Shown here: positions 49,340 through 63,052 of the stretch, piece by piece
How the letters are laid out: the number at the start of each line of letters is the position of its first letter
Position numbering within the stretch: position 1 is the first letter of the stretch
DNA from: Antedon mediterranea
Lineage: Eukaryota > Animalia > Echinodermata
Direction: 5' to 3'
Length of the DNA stretch: 64,000 nucleotides
Assembly: GCF_964355755.1 (NCBI RefSeq)
Contig: NC_092679.1
Span: 11,639,432 to 11,703,431 of the forward strand
Position numbers and translations under genes: made by a program
Notes under the pieces: generated by a model
Database searches by the model: none
What the model saw: the letters and a program-made list of their open reading frames with translations, nothing else
What the model was told of the DNA's origin: nothing

Positions 49340-52300
49340 GGGTGCTGGTCAACCCGTACCCAAACCAACCCGTACCCATGCCAACTCGTACCTAAATATT
49401 TGGCTTACTCGTACCCATTATTTGGCTTACTCGTACCCACTTTGGCTAACCCGTACCCAAACCAACTCGTACCCATGCCAACTCATACCTAAATATTTGG
49501 CTTACTCGTACCCATTATTTGGCTTACTCGTACCCATTATTTGGCTTACTCGTACCCATTATTTGGACTACTCGTACCCAATTTGAATAATTAGGCCTAC
49601 TTGTAATGATTTGATCGGCGCAAAACTAGTGGTATGCTTTTGACGTATGAATATTTTTATATTTAAATTGTTTTTTTTTATTTTACAGGTCTCGGTGAAA
49701 TGTGTGCTAATAAAAATGACCATTGATTTGATTGTAAACTTCGTTTAATTAGGCATATATTTGTTAACATTTATTTAAATGTAGTATTATAGTTTTATAA
49801 ACGTATGTTTGATGTGTCTTTTTATTTATTTACGTAAGAACATTAATTAATAAAAAAATATTTTTACTGTTGTATAGTATTACAATTCAATTAAGCCCAG
49901 GTAAAGTACCAACAACGTATCATTTTTATACTTATCAATTTTTATTCTTATCACCTTATCTTCCCTGATTACATTCGATCATGGAGGTATACCTCCATGA
50001 TTCGATCAAGTAATTATTGTTTCTATTGTATTGGTATATTTAAAATTGGTTGAATTAACGACGCCCTGTTTTAATCAAAAAGCCCACAGGGCTATGGAGT
50101 CGAATTACTCATAGATTTCGTGTTACGTGTTTTTGCTGACCGGGATTAACCTTTTATTATAAAAAAAAAATGACGTATGATCGTTTTCCATAATTTATTT
50201 ATTAATAATTCAGTGAAATGATCATGTACACTTACTGTAAAGTCTGCAGGGCTATGGGCGTAGATTTCGTGTTACGTGTTTTTGCTGACCGGGATTAACC
50301 TTTTATTATAAAAAAAACACGCATTTATAGGGCGTCAAAGAGATGACTCATTAATGACGTATATGATCGTTTTCCATATAATTTTATTTATTAATAATTC
50401 AGTGAAATGATCATATACACGTACTGTAAGGCCTGCAGGGCTATGGGGCGTAGATTTCGTGTTACGTGTTTTTGCTGACCGGGATTAACCTTTTATTACA
50501 AAAAAACACGCATTTATAGGGTGTCAAAGAGACGACTTAGTAATGGCGTATGATCGTTTTCCATATATTTTATTTATTAATAATTCAGTGAAATGATCAT
50601 ATACACGTACTGTAAGGCCTGCAGGGCTATGGGGCGTAGATTTCGTGTTACGTGTTTTTGCTGACCGGGACTAACATTTTATTACAAAAAAACACGCATT
50701 TATAGGGTGTCAAAGAGACGACTTAGTAATGGCGTATGATCGTTTTCCATATATTTTATTTATTAATAATTCAGTGAAATGATCATATACACGTACTGTA
50801 AGGCCTGCAGGGCTATGGGGCGTAGATTTCGTGTTACGTGTTTTTGCTGACCGGGATTAACCTTTTATTACAAACAAACACGCATTTATATGGTGTCAAA
50901 GAGACGACTTAGTAATGGCGTATGATCGTTTTCCATATATTTTATTTATTAATAATTCAGTGAAATGATCATATACACGTACTGTAAGGCCTGCGGGGCT
51001 ATGGGGCGTAGATTTCGTGTTACGTGTTTTTGCTGACCGGGATTAACCTTTTATTACAAAAAAACACGCATTTATAGGGCGTCAAAGAGACGACTCAGTA
51101 ATGACGTATGATCGTTTTCCATATATTTTATTTATCAATAATTCAGTGAAATGATCATATACACGTACTTTAAGGCAATTAAACATTTTTGGCAGATTTT
51201 CTTCTATAACAGCTACAGTGTGTAAAAAAAAAATAGACAACGCAATGTGGCGTACGATCGTTTTCTATTTTTTTTTTTCTTAAATAATTCAGTAAAATTA
51301 TCTGTTTGTTTACAGCAATTAAACATTTTTGGTAGATGTTTCCTCAATAACAGCTACGTGTTTTTGCTGACAAGGGATTCCCTTTTAAAAAAAAAAACGC
51401 ATTCTATAATATTCTACAAATAAATGACCCACACTCGTTTTTCCATGGCAATTCAACGGATGTCGTCTTATTTACTAAAATAATATAAACGTTCTGAAGG
51501 CCTACCTACACGTGTCTGTACATACGTATCTGTCAGCGATAAGATGATTTTTTTTTTAGTTTTAGTAGTATTTTATTTCGGTTTTTAGTCATAATAATAC
51601 AGTAATAATCATTATAAAATGAAAACGTAATAACAGCAAATGTCGTCGTTAGTAATTAAATGTTAAATTATTGGAGGTTACCTTTTATTATTATTCTCAC
51701 ATCCATCATGTCCTAGGGAATTTGTTTTAAAAACGGCAATAATCTACTTAGATTCATTATTCTAAAATGGTCCTTAGCAGCAAAAATGAGGCTGGTATCC
51801 ACTTAAATAGTTTCGTGATTTTAAAAATACGAGTGACTACTTAAAAATGTTTTCGAAATGTTAAAACAAAACTTGCAAAACAAAACAACAAAAACCATTT
51901 TTAAAACGATTTTCAAAAAGCACATTACTTCATTATCTGTAAAATAAAATGAAAAGTGTGTACAGGCTATTCGTAGTAAATAATAGATCAATAACTATTC
52001 AAAAATGAAAAAAAAAATAGAATGCAGCACAGCCGACCACTGACATCTTCCATGTAAAACAACGCCCTCAAGTATTAATTTAACTACGACCCAAATACGA
52101 TGAAAGCTGTGCTTTTTTCGTACGAGTCTGTACATAAATTATACTTAGGTAAATAGTTTTTGCCATTATAATATCGAACATATGATCTAAAAATGTAATA
52201 AAACTGGGTTTAACTGTAATAGGCCTATATAAATATACTTTAAATAGCATTAAACTTGGGTACGGGCCAGCCAATGATGGGTACGGGTTAGCCAATGATG

Positions 52301-52396
52301 GGTACGGGTGAGCCAAAATTTTGGGTACGAGTAAGCCAAAATTTGGGTACGAGTTGGTGGGTACGAGTTGGCATGGGTACGGGTTGACCTGTATTC
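49340..52396. mobile_element. Mutator-like non-autonomous element, 3057 bp
   Basis: 9-bp TSD GCTAGCTAG (49331-49339, 52397-52405). TIRs ..GGTCAACCCGTACC with CTCGTACCCA subterminal repeats. Confidence 0.85.
50089..51175. repeat. ~186-bp tandem repeat, ~6 copies, inside the Mutator-like element
   Basis: GGGCTATG..CGTAGATTTCGTGTTACGTGTTTTTGCTGACCGGG at about 50089, 50249, 50438, 50624, 50810 and 50996. Confidence 0.9.
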
Positions 52397-53182
52397 GCTA
52401 GCTAGTAGTAGTAGAGGCCTACTAGACTAGCCTTACTTTACTAGCTATAGTTATTAGTAACGGCGGGTCCGACTGATAGAGCGACTAGCTTAGCCCATAG
52501 TAGGTAGGTCAGCAGCTGCTACTACTATGTAGGGTGTCCAGCATAGCCTACTACTATGTGGAAACATCTTGTCACATCTTGTTATAGTAATACATTTTTT
52601 TTATTGGATATTGTTTCATAAAGAGTACATTTTTGTTTATGGAGGAATTTCCTTCCTTCCACATAAAGAAGTGCACTTGCTGACTAAGTTTTTATTGTTG
52701 GTGGAAGGTTTAAACAACCTAAGTTTAAATTAAGAGCTTCTCTACTCGAACACAAACTCGAACACAAATAGGATCACAAATAAGATAGTTTAACAAGACA
52801 ATTTTAATCATGTATTTTACCGCCATTTTTCATTTCTACATTTTAATTAACATCGTATCTAAAATTTTAAATGAGAAAATATATGGTTAATAATGAATTC
52901 TGGCATCTTATTATGTAAATATACCGGTATTTTAACTACTCTAAACACTTACTTTTAATTGTCACAAATGTACTTATATGTATATAATATATTCATCAAT
53001 GAGAATTTAAATAAACGTGAGAAGAACTCACACAAGACAAAAAAAGAGCTTATTGTAGGAAACAATTTAAAAAAAATTATTATTCAGCCATGATACTTAC
53101 TGTTATACTTTTATTTTGAAATAGGCAAACTATCATTTACAATATTCTTTCAATTTTAGATTTGTGGTTGTTTTATTCAATA

Positions 53183-56100
53183 ATGGATTTCATAGATGTG
53201 CTTCCTCCTGAAATGATTTGCAATATACTACTGAACCTGGACTCAAGAAGCATGTGCAGCATGTCTGAATCCTGTAAGATATTGCATGACATGGTTGAGA
53301 CTGATTGGCTCTGGATGAAGTTGTGTAGCAACCATTGTGATACATCTAATCAACTGTTTCTCAGTGACCGAAGTCAAGGTTTGTCTTGGAAAGTAAGGGA
53401 ATGATTTTTGAAATTGTCATAATATACAAAATAATGAATGTTTATGAGTTTATGCTGAGAATATTTCATGAGTTGAAAAATTGACTGCTCTATATTTAAT
53501 GAGGCGGAGCGAGTAAAGAACTCAGACAATTTTTCATATATAAAATATTCTCTCCACACAACGAATACAAGACATTCATTATTTTTGTTTTATAACAAAC
53601 CTAATTTGTTTCACTTTATTCATCGTAAATTATTGACAAATGATAGGTTGGGAAACTAGGCTAAAATAGGCAGTACTCTAACTTCTGATGCTGGGAAGAA
53701 CAGTTATAGGGGGTAATATTTTAGGGGGTGGTGTCAGGATACTATGGATAATGGTTAGCCATGCATACAGTGTATAGAGCAGGAGCCCAGAGGGGTCAAC
53801 CTAGCTGGAAAGTTAACCAATTTCTATGCATGTGGCAATTATCTACGTACATACCAATGTATGGAAATGACAGTCTGGCGCGTTTCTTTTGGTGGGTGTG
53901 GCTAGGAGGGACATTGTAAAGGGTAAAAAAAATGAGCTAGATCAGCTGAAAAGTTAACCCCATGAAATATTTTGCAAATTGTTTGACATAGAGTGAAATA
54001 TAAGGAATGGCCATTGCCAGACGATTTTAGTGGTGGGGGGTGCCTGCCAGACCCCTATTTCTGGGGGGTCAAAAATGAGCTAGACAGCTTAAAAGTTAAC
54101 CCTCTAAAACTGGTGGGAAAATGTTCAATAAACTCATAATTATCATGAATGACCATTGCCAGACATTTTCAGTGGTGGATTGTGCCCGCCAGACCCCGTC
54201 AAACACCCAACCCCCCAAAAATTGAGCTAGATCAGCTGAAAATTTAACCCCATGAAATATTTTGCAAATTGTTTGACATAGAGTGAAATATAAGGAATGG
54301 CCATTGCCAGACGATTTTAGTGGTGGGGGGTGCCTGCCAGACCCCTATTTCTGGGGGGTCAAAAATGAGCTAGATCAGCTTAAAAGTTAACCCTCTAAAA
54401 CTGGTGGGAAAATGTTCAATAAACTTATAATTATCATGAATGACCATTGCCAGACATTTTCAGTGGTGGATTGTGCCCGTCAAACACCCAACCCCCCAAA
54501 AATTGAGCTAGATCAGCTGAAAAGTTAACCCCATGAAATATTTTGCAAATTGTTTGACATAGAGTGAAATATAATGAATGAATATCGCCAGACGATTTTA
54601 GTGGTGGGGGTGCCTGCCAGACCCCCATTTCTGGGGGGCCAAAAATGAGCTAGATCAGCTTAAAAGTTAACCCTCTGAAACTGGTGGGAAAATGTTCAAT
54701 AAACTCATAACTATCATGAATGACCATTGCCAGACATTTTCAGTGGTGGATTGTGCCCGCCAGACCCCGTCAAACACCCCACCCCCAAAAAATTGAGCTA
54801 GATCAGCTGAAAAGTTAACCCCGTGAAATATTTTGCAAATTGTTTGACATAGAGTGAAATATAATGAATGGACATTGCCAGACGATTTTAGTGGTGGGGG
54901 GTGCCTGCCAGACCCCCATTTCTGGAGGGCCAAAAATGAACTAGATCAGCTTAAAAGTTAACCCTCTAAAACTGGTGGGAGAATGTTCAATGTACTCATA
55001 ACTATTATGAATGACCATTGCCAGACATTTTCAGTGGTGTGTGGTGCCCGCCAGACCCCGTCAAACACCCCCACTCCCAAAAATGAGCTAGATCAGCTGA
55101 AAAGCTAACCTTTTAAAACATGCTGTAAAATGTTCAGCATGATCCCTAGTATAATAAATGACCATTGCTAGACATTTAAAGTGGTGGGTTGTGTCCGCCA
55201 GCCCATTAAACACCCACCCACCCCCCCCCCTCCCCCCCAAAAAAAAACATGAACTAGATCAACTCAAAACCTAAACTTATAAAACAAAATATATGGAGCA
55301 ATTAAGTACACTAAAAAACAGCATGAATGACTAAAATGAGAACTACACCAAATATCAAACACCCGACATTTTAGCATATGATACTTTATATAGTACCTTA
55401 TTCTATCTACAGTAGTTTTCATTAGTTACAACAAAAAACAGTCTTATTTAATAAGCTATGACTTTTCTGCACAAATTATTTTAAATTAATCCATATATTC
55501 CTCTTCACTCCATGCATCGCCATAAGAATCACTTGATTCTTCAATCTCTGTTTCTTCCGTTTCACTGTCAATTTGTCCTTTTTTATTCTTGATGGACGGC
55601 ATTGAGCTGTTGCAGTTTCCCCCAATTCAAGACCAGCAAATGTTCTCAGCTCCGTGACTGCCATGGCTCGTTGACTCATAGTCAATGACCACTGGCGCAT
55701 TGCATTTTCTGAATTAGGAAAGGCAACAATCCCTCTCATACTTGAAGAAGAATCACGATTGACCGTCTGTTCTAAGGAAAGGTCAACAGCTGATCTACTG
55801 TAGTGCTTATTTGTACGTCTGATGGAAAATGCTCATTTTTCCAGTACTTTAGGTCAACGTTTTTCAGTTTCTGTATGAATAGAGTTCCCCATCTGGCGTA
55901 GTTAGGTCGGTTCAGGGCAAAGTAAACAGATAATATGGTTGGAAATACATTAATGTAGCCAGTGACATCATTTGCTTTCACACATCTCTGAAGTTCTCTA
56001 TGGAGTCGATTAATAAGAAAAATGTAAATAGCCCAGAATTGTGCTGTTGAACCTATATTTCCAGTAAGCACTGACTGGAAGTAATTCTCGTACTTCTGCA

Positions 56101-59100
56101 GGTGATTAATTATAACAGGATCCGATATATGTTCTTCAATCAATGATGGGTCCAAAGGTGCAGTTGACATTATTTCTTGAAATGTGTGATGATCTTCTGC
56201 ATTTATTTCTTGAAGAAAGCGTTTACACAACTTTTGCTCCAAGACATTGGCAAGCAATTGGTGAATTCTAGTGCACCTGTTGTAAAACTTTCCTTTGATG
56301 AAACCCATCATTGACCCCTCAGCCAAGATATCTGCTTCTTGGAGAATATATTCGATACCGCTGTCGTTAATGTACGTTCCAACTGCTCCGTAGAACGCCA
56401 ACTCTGTGAAAATTGCCCTGTAATACTAAAAGCTTATCAAATAGGGGGGATTGTATTGTTTGTATGGAGTAAGCTTTTAATGCTACTGCCAAATCATATG
56501 TCACAACTGCATAGTCTTGTCTGCATAGTGTTGGCCAGTTTCCTTGGCAATAGCCATAGTCTGGATCATTTTCTCTCTCTAACCACATCATTGTTTTGAT
56601 ATAGGATCCATGTAGCAAATGCACTGAACTGGTAAATGATTATTGATATACTTGCTCATGAATCCGACATGTAGGGGTGTATCTCCATCATTCAGTTTCC
56701 AAAACCAATACATATCCAATGCCTTCAGTGGTATTTGGTATTCCATTGGTTTGTCAGTGATTGTACTACATTCTCTAACATTTGTAGTTGATGTGGCATT
56801 GGAACTTATAAATAAAGCTTTATTTATACCTATCCTAAAAGGTGGTATTTCTCTCCAACAAATTTCCGCCTGTTTCTACCATCCCGAAATCCAATAGTAT
56901 TCCTATTGAGCAGTTGGTCGTCATGCAATATATTCTGATATGTATGTCCAACTGTAGCGTGTAGAGTTTCTTTACCATCAAGTGTTTCTACATTTGTATC
57001 ATTATTCTCCCATACACATGCAGTTGCCAAGGTTGGGTCAAGCCGGATACCATCTGGGGCGTCGCGTTCATCATCTTGAACTGAATAGGCAAACTCAGTC
57101 TCAAGGCCTTTGCTTTCACTACTAATACAATGTCAAAATTTGCATAGCCAGTTTTGATCCTGTCAGAGATGTAAAACATAAACCAACGACAGTGTGTTTC
57201 CATGGTTTCACAGTTCCACGAGATACATTATAGATGGCATCAGATGCAATGGAAATAACCTTTTTATCAAACTTGTCTTTGTTTGCATCATTGGAATTTT
57301 GGTCGATGCCACCAAGAAGACTCCTAAAGAATAATTCTAACTGTGATGGTATCTTGGGAGCACACTCTTTTAAGTTTTGAACTGTAGCAGGTCTTTGTCT
57401 GTGGGAGCTGCATGATTATAGATCTAAGATGAAGAGCAGCCCATTTTATTTTATTATCCTGTACATATTGTTCAGAATTATCATAAAGTCGAGCAGTGGC
57501 TTCTTCTCCTATAAGAAGTGATCTATAAATGAAGTTACCTCTTCGTCTGTCTGCAGGTTTTACTTTGATTTCATCTTTAAATTTTTATTGAATTTTCCTT
57601 GTAAGATTTTGGGACGAATATGAGTTGATATCACTTTGATTTCCTCCATTATTGACAAATTCGATTTTGTAAAAGCTTAGCAAATCAGAGACAAGTATAG
57701 CTCGTTGTTTTCCCAATACTTAATAATAATTCAATATGTTTCAGTAGGGATGAAAATGCCCTTTTGTGACTTCCATAAGATGTGTTACTTCAATAAGATG
57801 AATGCTCTTCTGTTGAACCATCATGTTTATCAGTTTCTAGAAGAACTGAACTCGGCAAATCAACGCCACACCGAATTAGACTATTGATACGTTGGTTTTT
57901 TGAAAATTTTACCCGCTGGGAAAGTGACTTGCACCCAGAAACCGTTGCTATCTTAAGCCTTTTCTCTTCTTTCCCATTTTTTCGGCCTTTTCCACAAAAT
58001 ATGCAAGTTCCCTTTAACATGCCACACTCATCTGATTTCTGAAGGACACTACTTTGTTTTGTTTCACGGCAGTGTAATACCTATGACATACAGTAAAGGG
58101 TGATAGCTGATTGAATTTTTAGGTTGTTTCATAAGAAAAACCTTGTTTGTTGTATCAGCATGTTTGTCAGACTTCATTTTCTTACGTAATGCAGCAGCAT
58201 TCTTTACAGTTGACCATATCATTTCACTGAACGCTCTTAACATACAATCGTTGTCCGCCGTTACCGTTTGGCAGATGTAGCACTTTGAAATATGATGTAC
58301 CACTCTCTATCATAATCAAAATGCATTTAATAAAATAAACCTTTGTTTTGAAATGTTGATGATAATCAACAACATTATTCTCTAGGGAACCATTATAGAA
58401 GATAAGTCAGTTTCTAAATATGTCCTTTAACTGCATAAACCAATTGACTAATTGATTTACTTTTTTCCACACCACAAAAAGACAAAGAAGTCTTGTTCTG
58501 AATACCTATTTTACACTATGTTGAACTTATATACCATAGTAGCACATTTGGGAATTAGGTAAGGGGTTGGATGGATGGGGTGGTTCTATAATGAGCAAAT
58601 AAAAATGTCTGGTAATGACAATTCATATCCTTGACAGTATACTACACATTTTCCCACCAGTTTTACAGTGGTTAACCCTTGGCCTAATCTGGGTCATTTT
58701 TGGGGGTTGGGTGTTTGAGGGGGCCTGGTGGACACAACCCACCACTTAAAATATCTGGCAATGGTCATTTATTATACTAGGGATCATGCTGAACATTCTA
58801 CAGCATGTTTTAAAGGGTTAGCTTTTCAGCTGATCTAGCTCATTTTTGGGAGTGGGGGTGTTTGACGGGGTCTGGCGGGCACAATCCACCACTGAAAATG
58901 TCTGGCAATGGTCATTCATAATAGTTATGAGTACATTGAACATTCTCCCACCAGTTTTAGAGGGTTAACTTTTAAGCTGATCTAGTTCATTTTTGGCCCT
59001 CCAGAAAGGGGGGTCTGGCAGGCACCCCCCACCACTAAAATCGTCTGGCAATGTCCATTCATTATATTTCACTCTATGTCAAACAATTTGCAAAATATTT

Positions 59101-59837
59101 CATGGGGTTAACTTTTCAGCTGATCTAGCTCAATTTTTTGTGGGTGGGGTGTTTGACGGGGTCTGGCGGGCACAATCCACCACTGAAAATGTCTGGCAAT
59201 GGTCATTCATGATAGTTATGAGTTTATTGAACATTTTCCCACCAGTTTCAGAGGGTTAACTTTTAAGCTGATCTAGCTCATTTTTGGCCCTCCAGAAATG
59301 GGGGTCTGGCTATTTCACTCTATGTCAAACAATTTGCAAAATATTTCATGGGGTTAACTTTTCAGCTGATCTAGCTCATTTTTTTTACCCTTTACAGTGT
59401 CCCTCCTAGCCACACCCACCAAAAGAAACGCGCCAGACTGTCATTTCCATACATTGATATGTACGTAGATAATTGCCACATGCATAGAAATTGGTTAACT
59501 TTTCAGCTAGGTTGACCCCTCTGGGCTCCTGCTCTAGTAGCTACATCCTACTAATATTAAAGTTATATCTAATAGTCATGATCACCACCACTAGAGGGAA
59601 GTACAACAAACAGTGCACTGCATATCTAAAATGAGTTAATTTCAACCATAATAATTTTCATTTTTATTTTTTCAGGAAACTTATATACGCAATGTTGGCT
59701 GTAATCTGATAAAGAGGAAATGGAAACATGGACTTTTCAGCAATATTACTTGCTATGAAGATCTTCCATCGCAAGTGTTCTGTCAAATGGACCGAGAAAC
59801 ATGGGGGGAAATACTAGAATTAGAGTTAACAAGATAG
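53183..59837 (+). CDS. FBXO48: F-box only protein 48-like, 123 aa, two coding exons
   Basis: Exon 53183-53392 (F-box DFIDVLPPEM...WLW...LSWK) and exon 59676-59837 (KWKHGLFSNI...LP...MDRETWGEILELELTR*). The C-terminus matches the FBXO48 signature as I recall it. Confidence 0.85.
53775..59536 (-). mobile_element. Academ DNA transposon, internally deleted, 5762 bp, in the FBXO48 intron
   Basis: TAGAGCAGGAGCCCAGAGGGG...CCCCTCTGGGCTCCTGCTCTA with 3-bp TSD GTA (53772-53774, 59537-59539). Long inverted arms built from ~290-bp tandem units. Confidence 0.9.
55476..58310 (-). pseudogene. Academ transposase remnant (N-terminal Cys/His motifs + DDE core), frameshifted, XPG part absent
   Basis: Motifs CYICQ, CIFC, WENND...TLDGKETLHATVG, VTYDLA, GNFH, YNRCTRIH, NYARWG and AVDLSLEQTVNRD. 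Confidence 0.8.
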
Positions 59838-61156
59838 AGATGCAAATTGTTGGCATAGTGTTTCATACTGAAGTTCACTAAAATGTGTAAAAAATGAATG
59901 AAAACAAGATGACTGGATTTTATCAAAGATATGATTTGATTTGATTTGATTTGATTTATTTCGGCATCAGTACATAAAATATCACAGACATACAATTACA
60001 TACAATATGAAGTGCTTGGTGGTTTTGGATGTTTTGCTACTATGTTCTGGGTTCAAAGCCTGTCAAATTTATTTTGTTATTTTTAACTGCAATCCAAAAA
60101 ACTTCAAGACGTTGTTTGTGTAGGACATGTTATGTCCTGTAAAACAGATTGCTGCTTCTCTTGAAGACAGACAGCGTAATGCAACATAAAATACATTTCA
60201 TCGGTTGCAATATTCTTCTATATTTATATATAAATCCAAAGGCAAATTACTGAAAAAATGACAATGCTGTGGGTATCAATCAGTGGCTGGATCTCAATGG
60301 AGATACTAAATAAAAGCGAAAAGCTAAATCCAAACGAGAAGTAAAACAGCCAGAAAAGTTAGCAGAGCTTTCGGGCAACACTAGCCCTTCACCATTGCAA
60401 GTGATTATTTATATATATATCTATACTTCAATATTTCATTATATTCTTCAATTGCACATTTTAAATTTTGCTATACTGTTGCTAATAGTATTTTTAAATC
60501 AAGGAATTATAATAGTTTAGAAAAATGTATAAGAAAATGTATATTATTTAACTCATTTAGAAAAATAAGGATTTAAAATAGCTCTTAAATTTACCACTAA
60601 ATTGTTAATGTAAAAACATATATTTATATATTATTATATTGTAAATATAAATAGTTTTGAGATGCAATATGCAATGATGCATATGGTTTTATAAAATATG
60701 ATTTTTAATATAATAGAACTTTTAAAAATGTTTACATACTAAAATTAGTAATACAAGAGTGCATATATTATCAGAGAATTTTAATAGTTAAATCTGTCAA
60801 TATCTAATGTTATTGACTATTATAAATTATCATTTCTTATTTTATATATTTATTTTTCTAATTTATTTTATCAAATTTACAAAATTGATCTCCAAATTTT
60901 CGTTTATAGTGAAGGACAAATTTGGTTTCAAATATTATTTTATCAAGTTTTAATTACAAACATAGTATTTCCTCTTAATCAAGGCAATCTAACAACTTGT
61001 GTTGTAGTCATAATGCATAAATAATACTGTATTTTAATTGGCATTTTATTATTTGGTTAAAATTTAATTATAAACAGATATACCCGAGTCGACTCTTACG
61101 ACTCTTTGTGTGTGTGTGCTCGTGGTAAACCGTTTACAATAGCGCATCTCTACTAA

Positions 61157-61334
61157 AGCATGGTTCCCACTAGCGACGCAACGCAAGGACGTAACGCAAC
61201 GCAAGTGAATTGACCAATCACAAGCGATGGCTTATTCGCTTGTGATTGCTAACTGTCTATAACTTCGCTTGCCATTGGTTAAACGCTTGCGTTGCGTTTA
61301 CGTCCTTGCGTTACGTTCTAGTGGCAACCAAGCT
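61157..61334. mobile_element. Harbinger-like hairpin MITE
   Basis: TAA|AGCATGGTTCCCACTAG...CTAGTGGCAACCAAGCT|TTA, with inverted GACGCAACGCAAG repeats. Confidence 0.65.
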
Positions 61335-61759
61335 TTAACGACCACCATCTCTCTTAAGGGACCAATTCTCATAATCGACCACCTCTCTTAAAAACGACCA
61401 AAATATCTTGCACGGGACCACCTCTCAATATCGACCATATTTCATAACGACACCTCTGGTAAGCGACCACCTTTTTTAAAGGACCATCTCCTCTCATAAG
61501 GCACCGCTTCTAATAATCGACCGCGTCTTGTAAGCGAGAACCTAGCTCTCTCCGATCCTAACAACCATTAGCCCTACCTCTCGTAAGCGACCAACTTTTT
61601 AAAAGTACCACCACCTCTCGTAAAGCCACCACCTCTTGTAAGGGTCAAACTCTAATAGACCACCTCGTAATCATATCTTAATAATAACCACCAAACGACC
61701 ACCTTCTCTCATAATTGACCACCTCACCTCCACCACATCTGATGATACCATCTATTTTA

Positions 61760-62620
61760 TATTTATATTATATTTATATTTTATTAATTTCAGCAAACAC
61801 AGTTATACAGACATAAATACAAACAATTAGCTAGATTGCGACAAGGAGTGGCAAAAGAGGCCAATAGCTTCTGTGGCCAACAAAAAAGCTAAAACGAACA
61901 GTAGCCTAATCAATATGAATATATAATAAAACAAATTATATTGTTCTACAGAATATCTTTAAAATGTGTCCAACTTTTGCGTAGAAATGAATTTCTGATA
62001 GCAGCCGGTAGCCCATTCCACATACGAATAAATCGATTTGGAATAGGCCTACAATATTTGTTTGCTGTCGGTTTGAGATATTAGATGTTTGAAAGTTAAA
62101 ACATTCATTCAATGCCTGCTATCAATAATCAGCGTATTTAAAATCAAACAGTTTTGTGTAGCTTTTATAAAATATTTAAAACAAAAATAAAAGTGAAATA
62201 ATTGCTTTTATTGATTCAATAGTGTATAATTTAAGTGCAAGTAATCTGTTTGCATAAGACTGTTCCAAAATTCGCTGGTGAAGTAAATCTGCTAGCTCTT
62301 CTTTGAATCTTCTCTATCTTATCTATCTGACATTGTCGGTAAGGATACCAGAGATTGGAGAACAGTATTGGACATGAGGCAAAACAAGAGATTTAAAGTT
62401 GCAGCAGGACTGAAGTAGAACATCCGGTTGCAATGGAATAAAACCCAGCATCTTATTGCATTTTAATGTAACCTTGTGCACTTAATGTGACCAAGACAAA
62501 TCATGAGATATTACAACTCCAAGTAAAGTAAAATCCTTAACATCTGAAAGCAAATTTCAATCAAGTAAATATGTTGGAGTAGAAGGAACGTCTTGCCTTC
62601 TCGACAATGTTAGCACTTGG
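61760..62620 (-). mobile_element. Decayed CR1/L2-like LINE 3' fragment
   Basis: Minus-strand remnants LGV.IS..LSW, SLVLPHVQYCSP, DKIEKIQRRASR, NRFIRMWNGLP. Confidence 0.65.
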
Positions 62621-63052
62621 CCATCACTTCTCCTCGTAAGCGCCCACCTCTTTTAACAAGCACCATAACCCCTTTATTTGTTTTAGTGACCACCTCTACG
62701 TTAAAGAAGCACCTCTCGTAAGACCATCTTCTAAAGGATCACCTCAGTCGCTTTTAGAGTGGTTGTCGATTATGAAGCGGTCCGTTATGAGAGGAGGCGG
62801 TCATTTACTAGATGTGGTCCCCGAGAGGTGTCGTCGTTTATAGGTAATCGATTATAAGAAGTGGTCCGTTTAAGGGAGGTGGCCGCTTTTGAAAGTCGGT
62901 CACTTTCGAGAGGTGGATGTAAGATTTGCACATGATTACACTATAAAATATACTACTGTATAGGCCTAACATTCTACATTTGCTGGTAATCTATATCATA
63001 AACATTATCTTGGGGAAATTTCCGTTAACTACATTTTAGCCGTTGACTGTTC

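Noticed and set aside
8728-58310. The two Academ remnants as split halves of one element
   Set aside because: Their terminal sequences are unrelated beyond TAG, and the 53775 element has its own complete ends and TSD.
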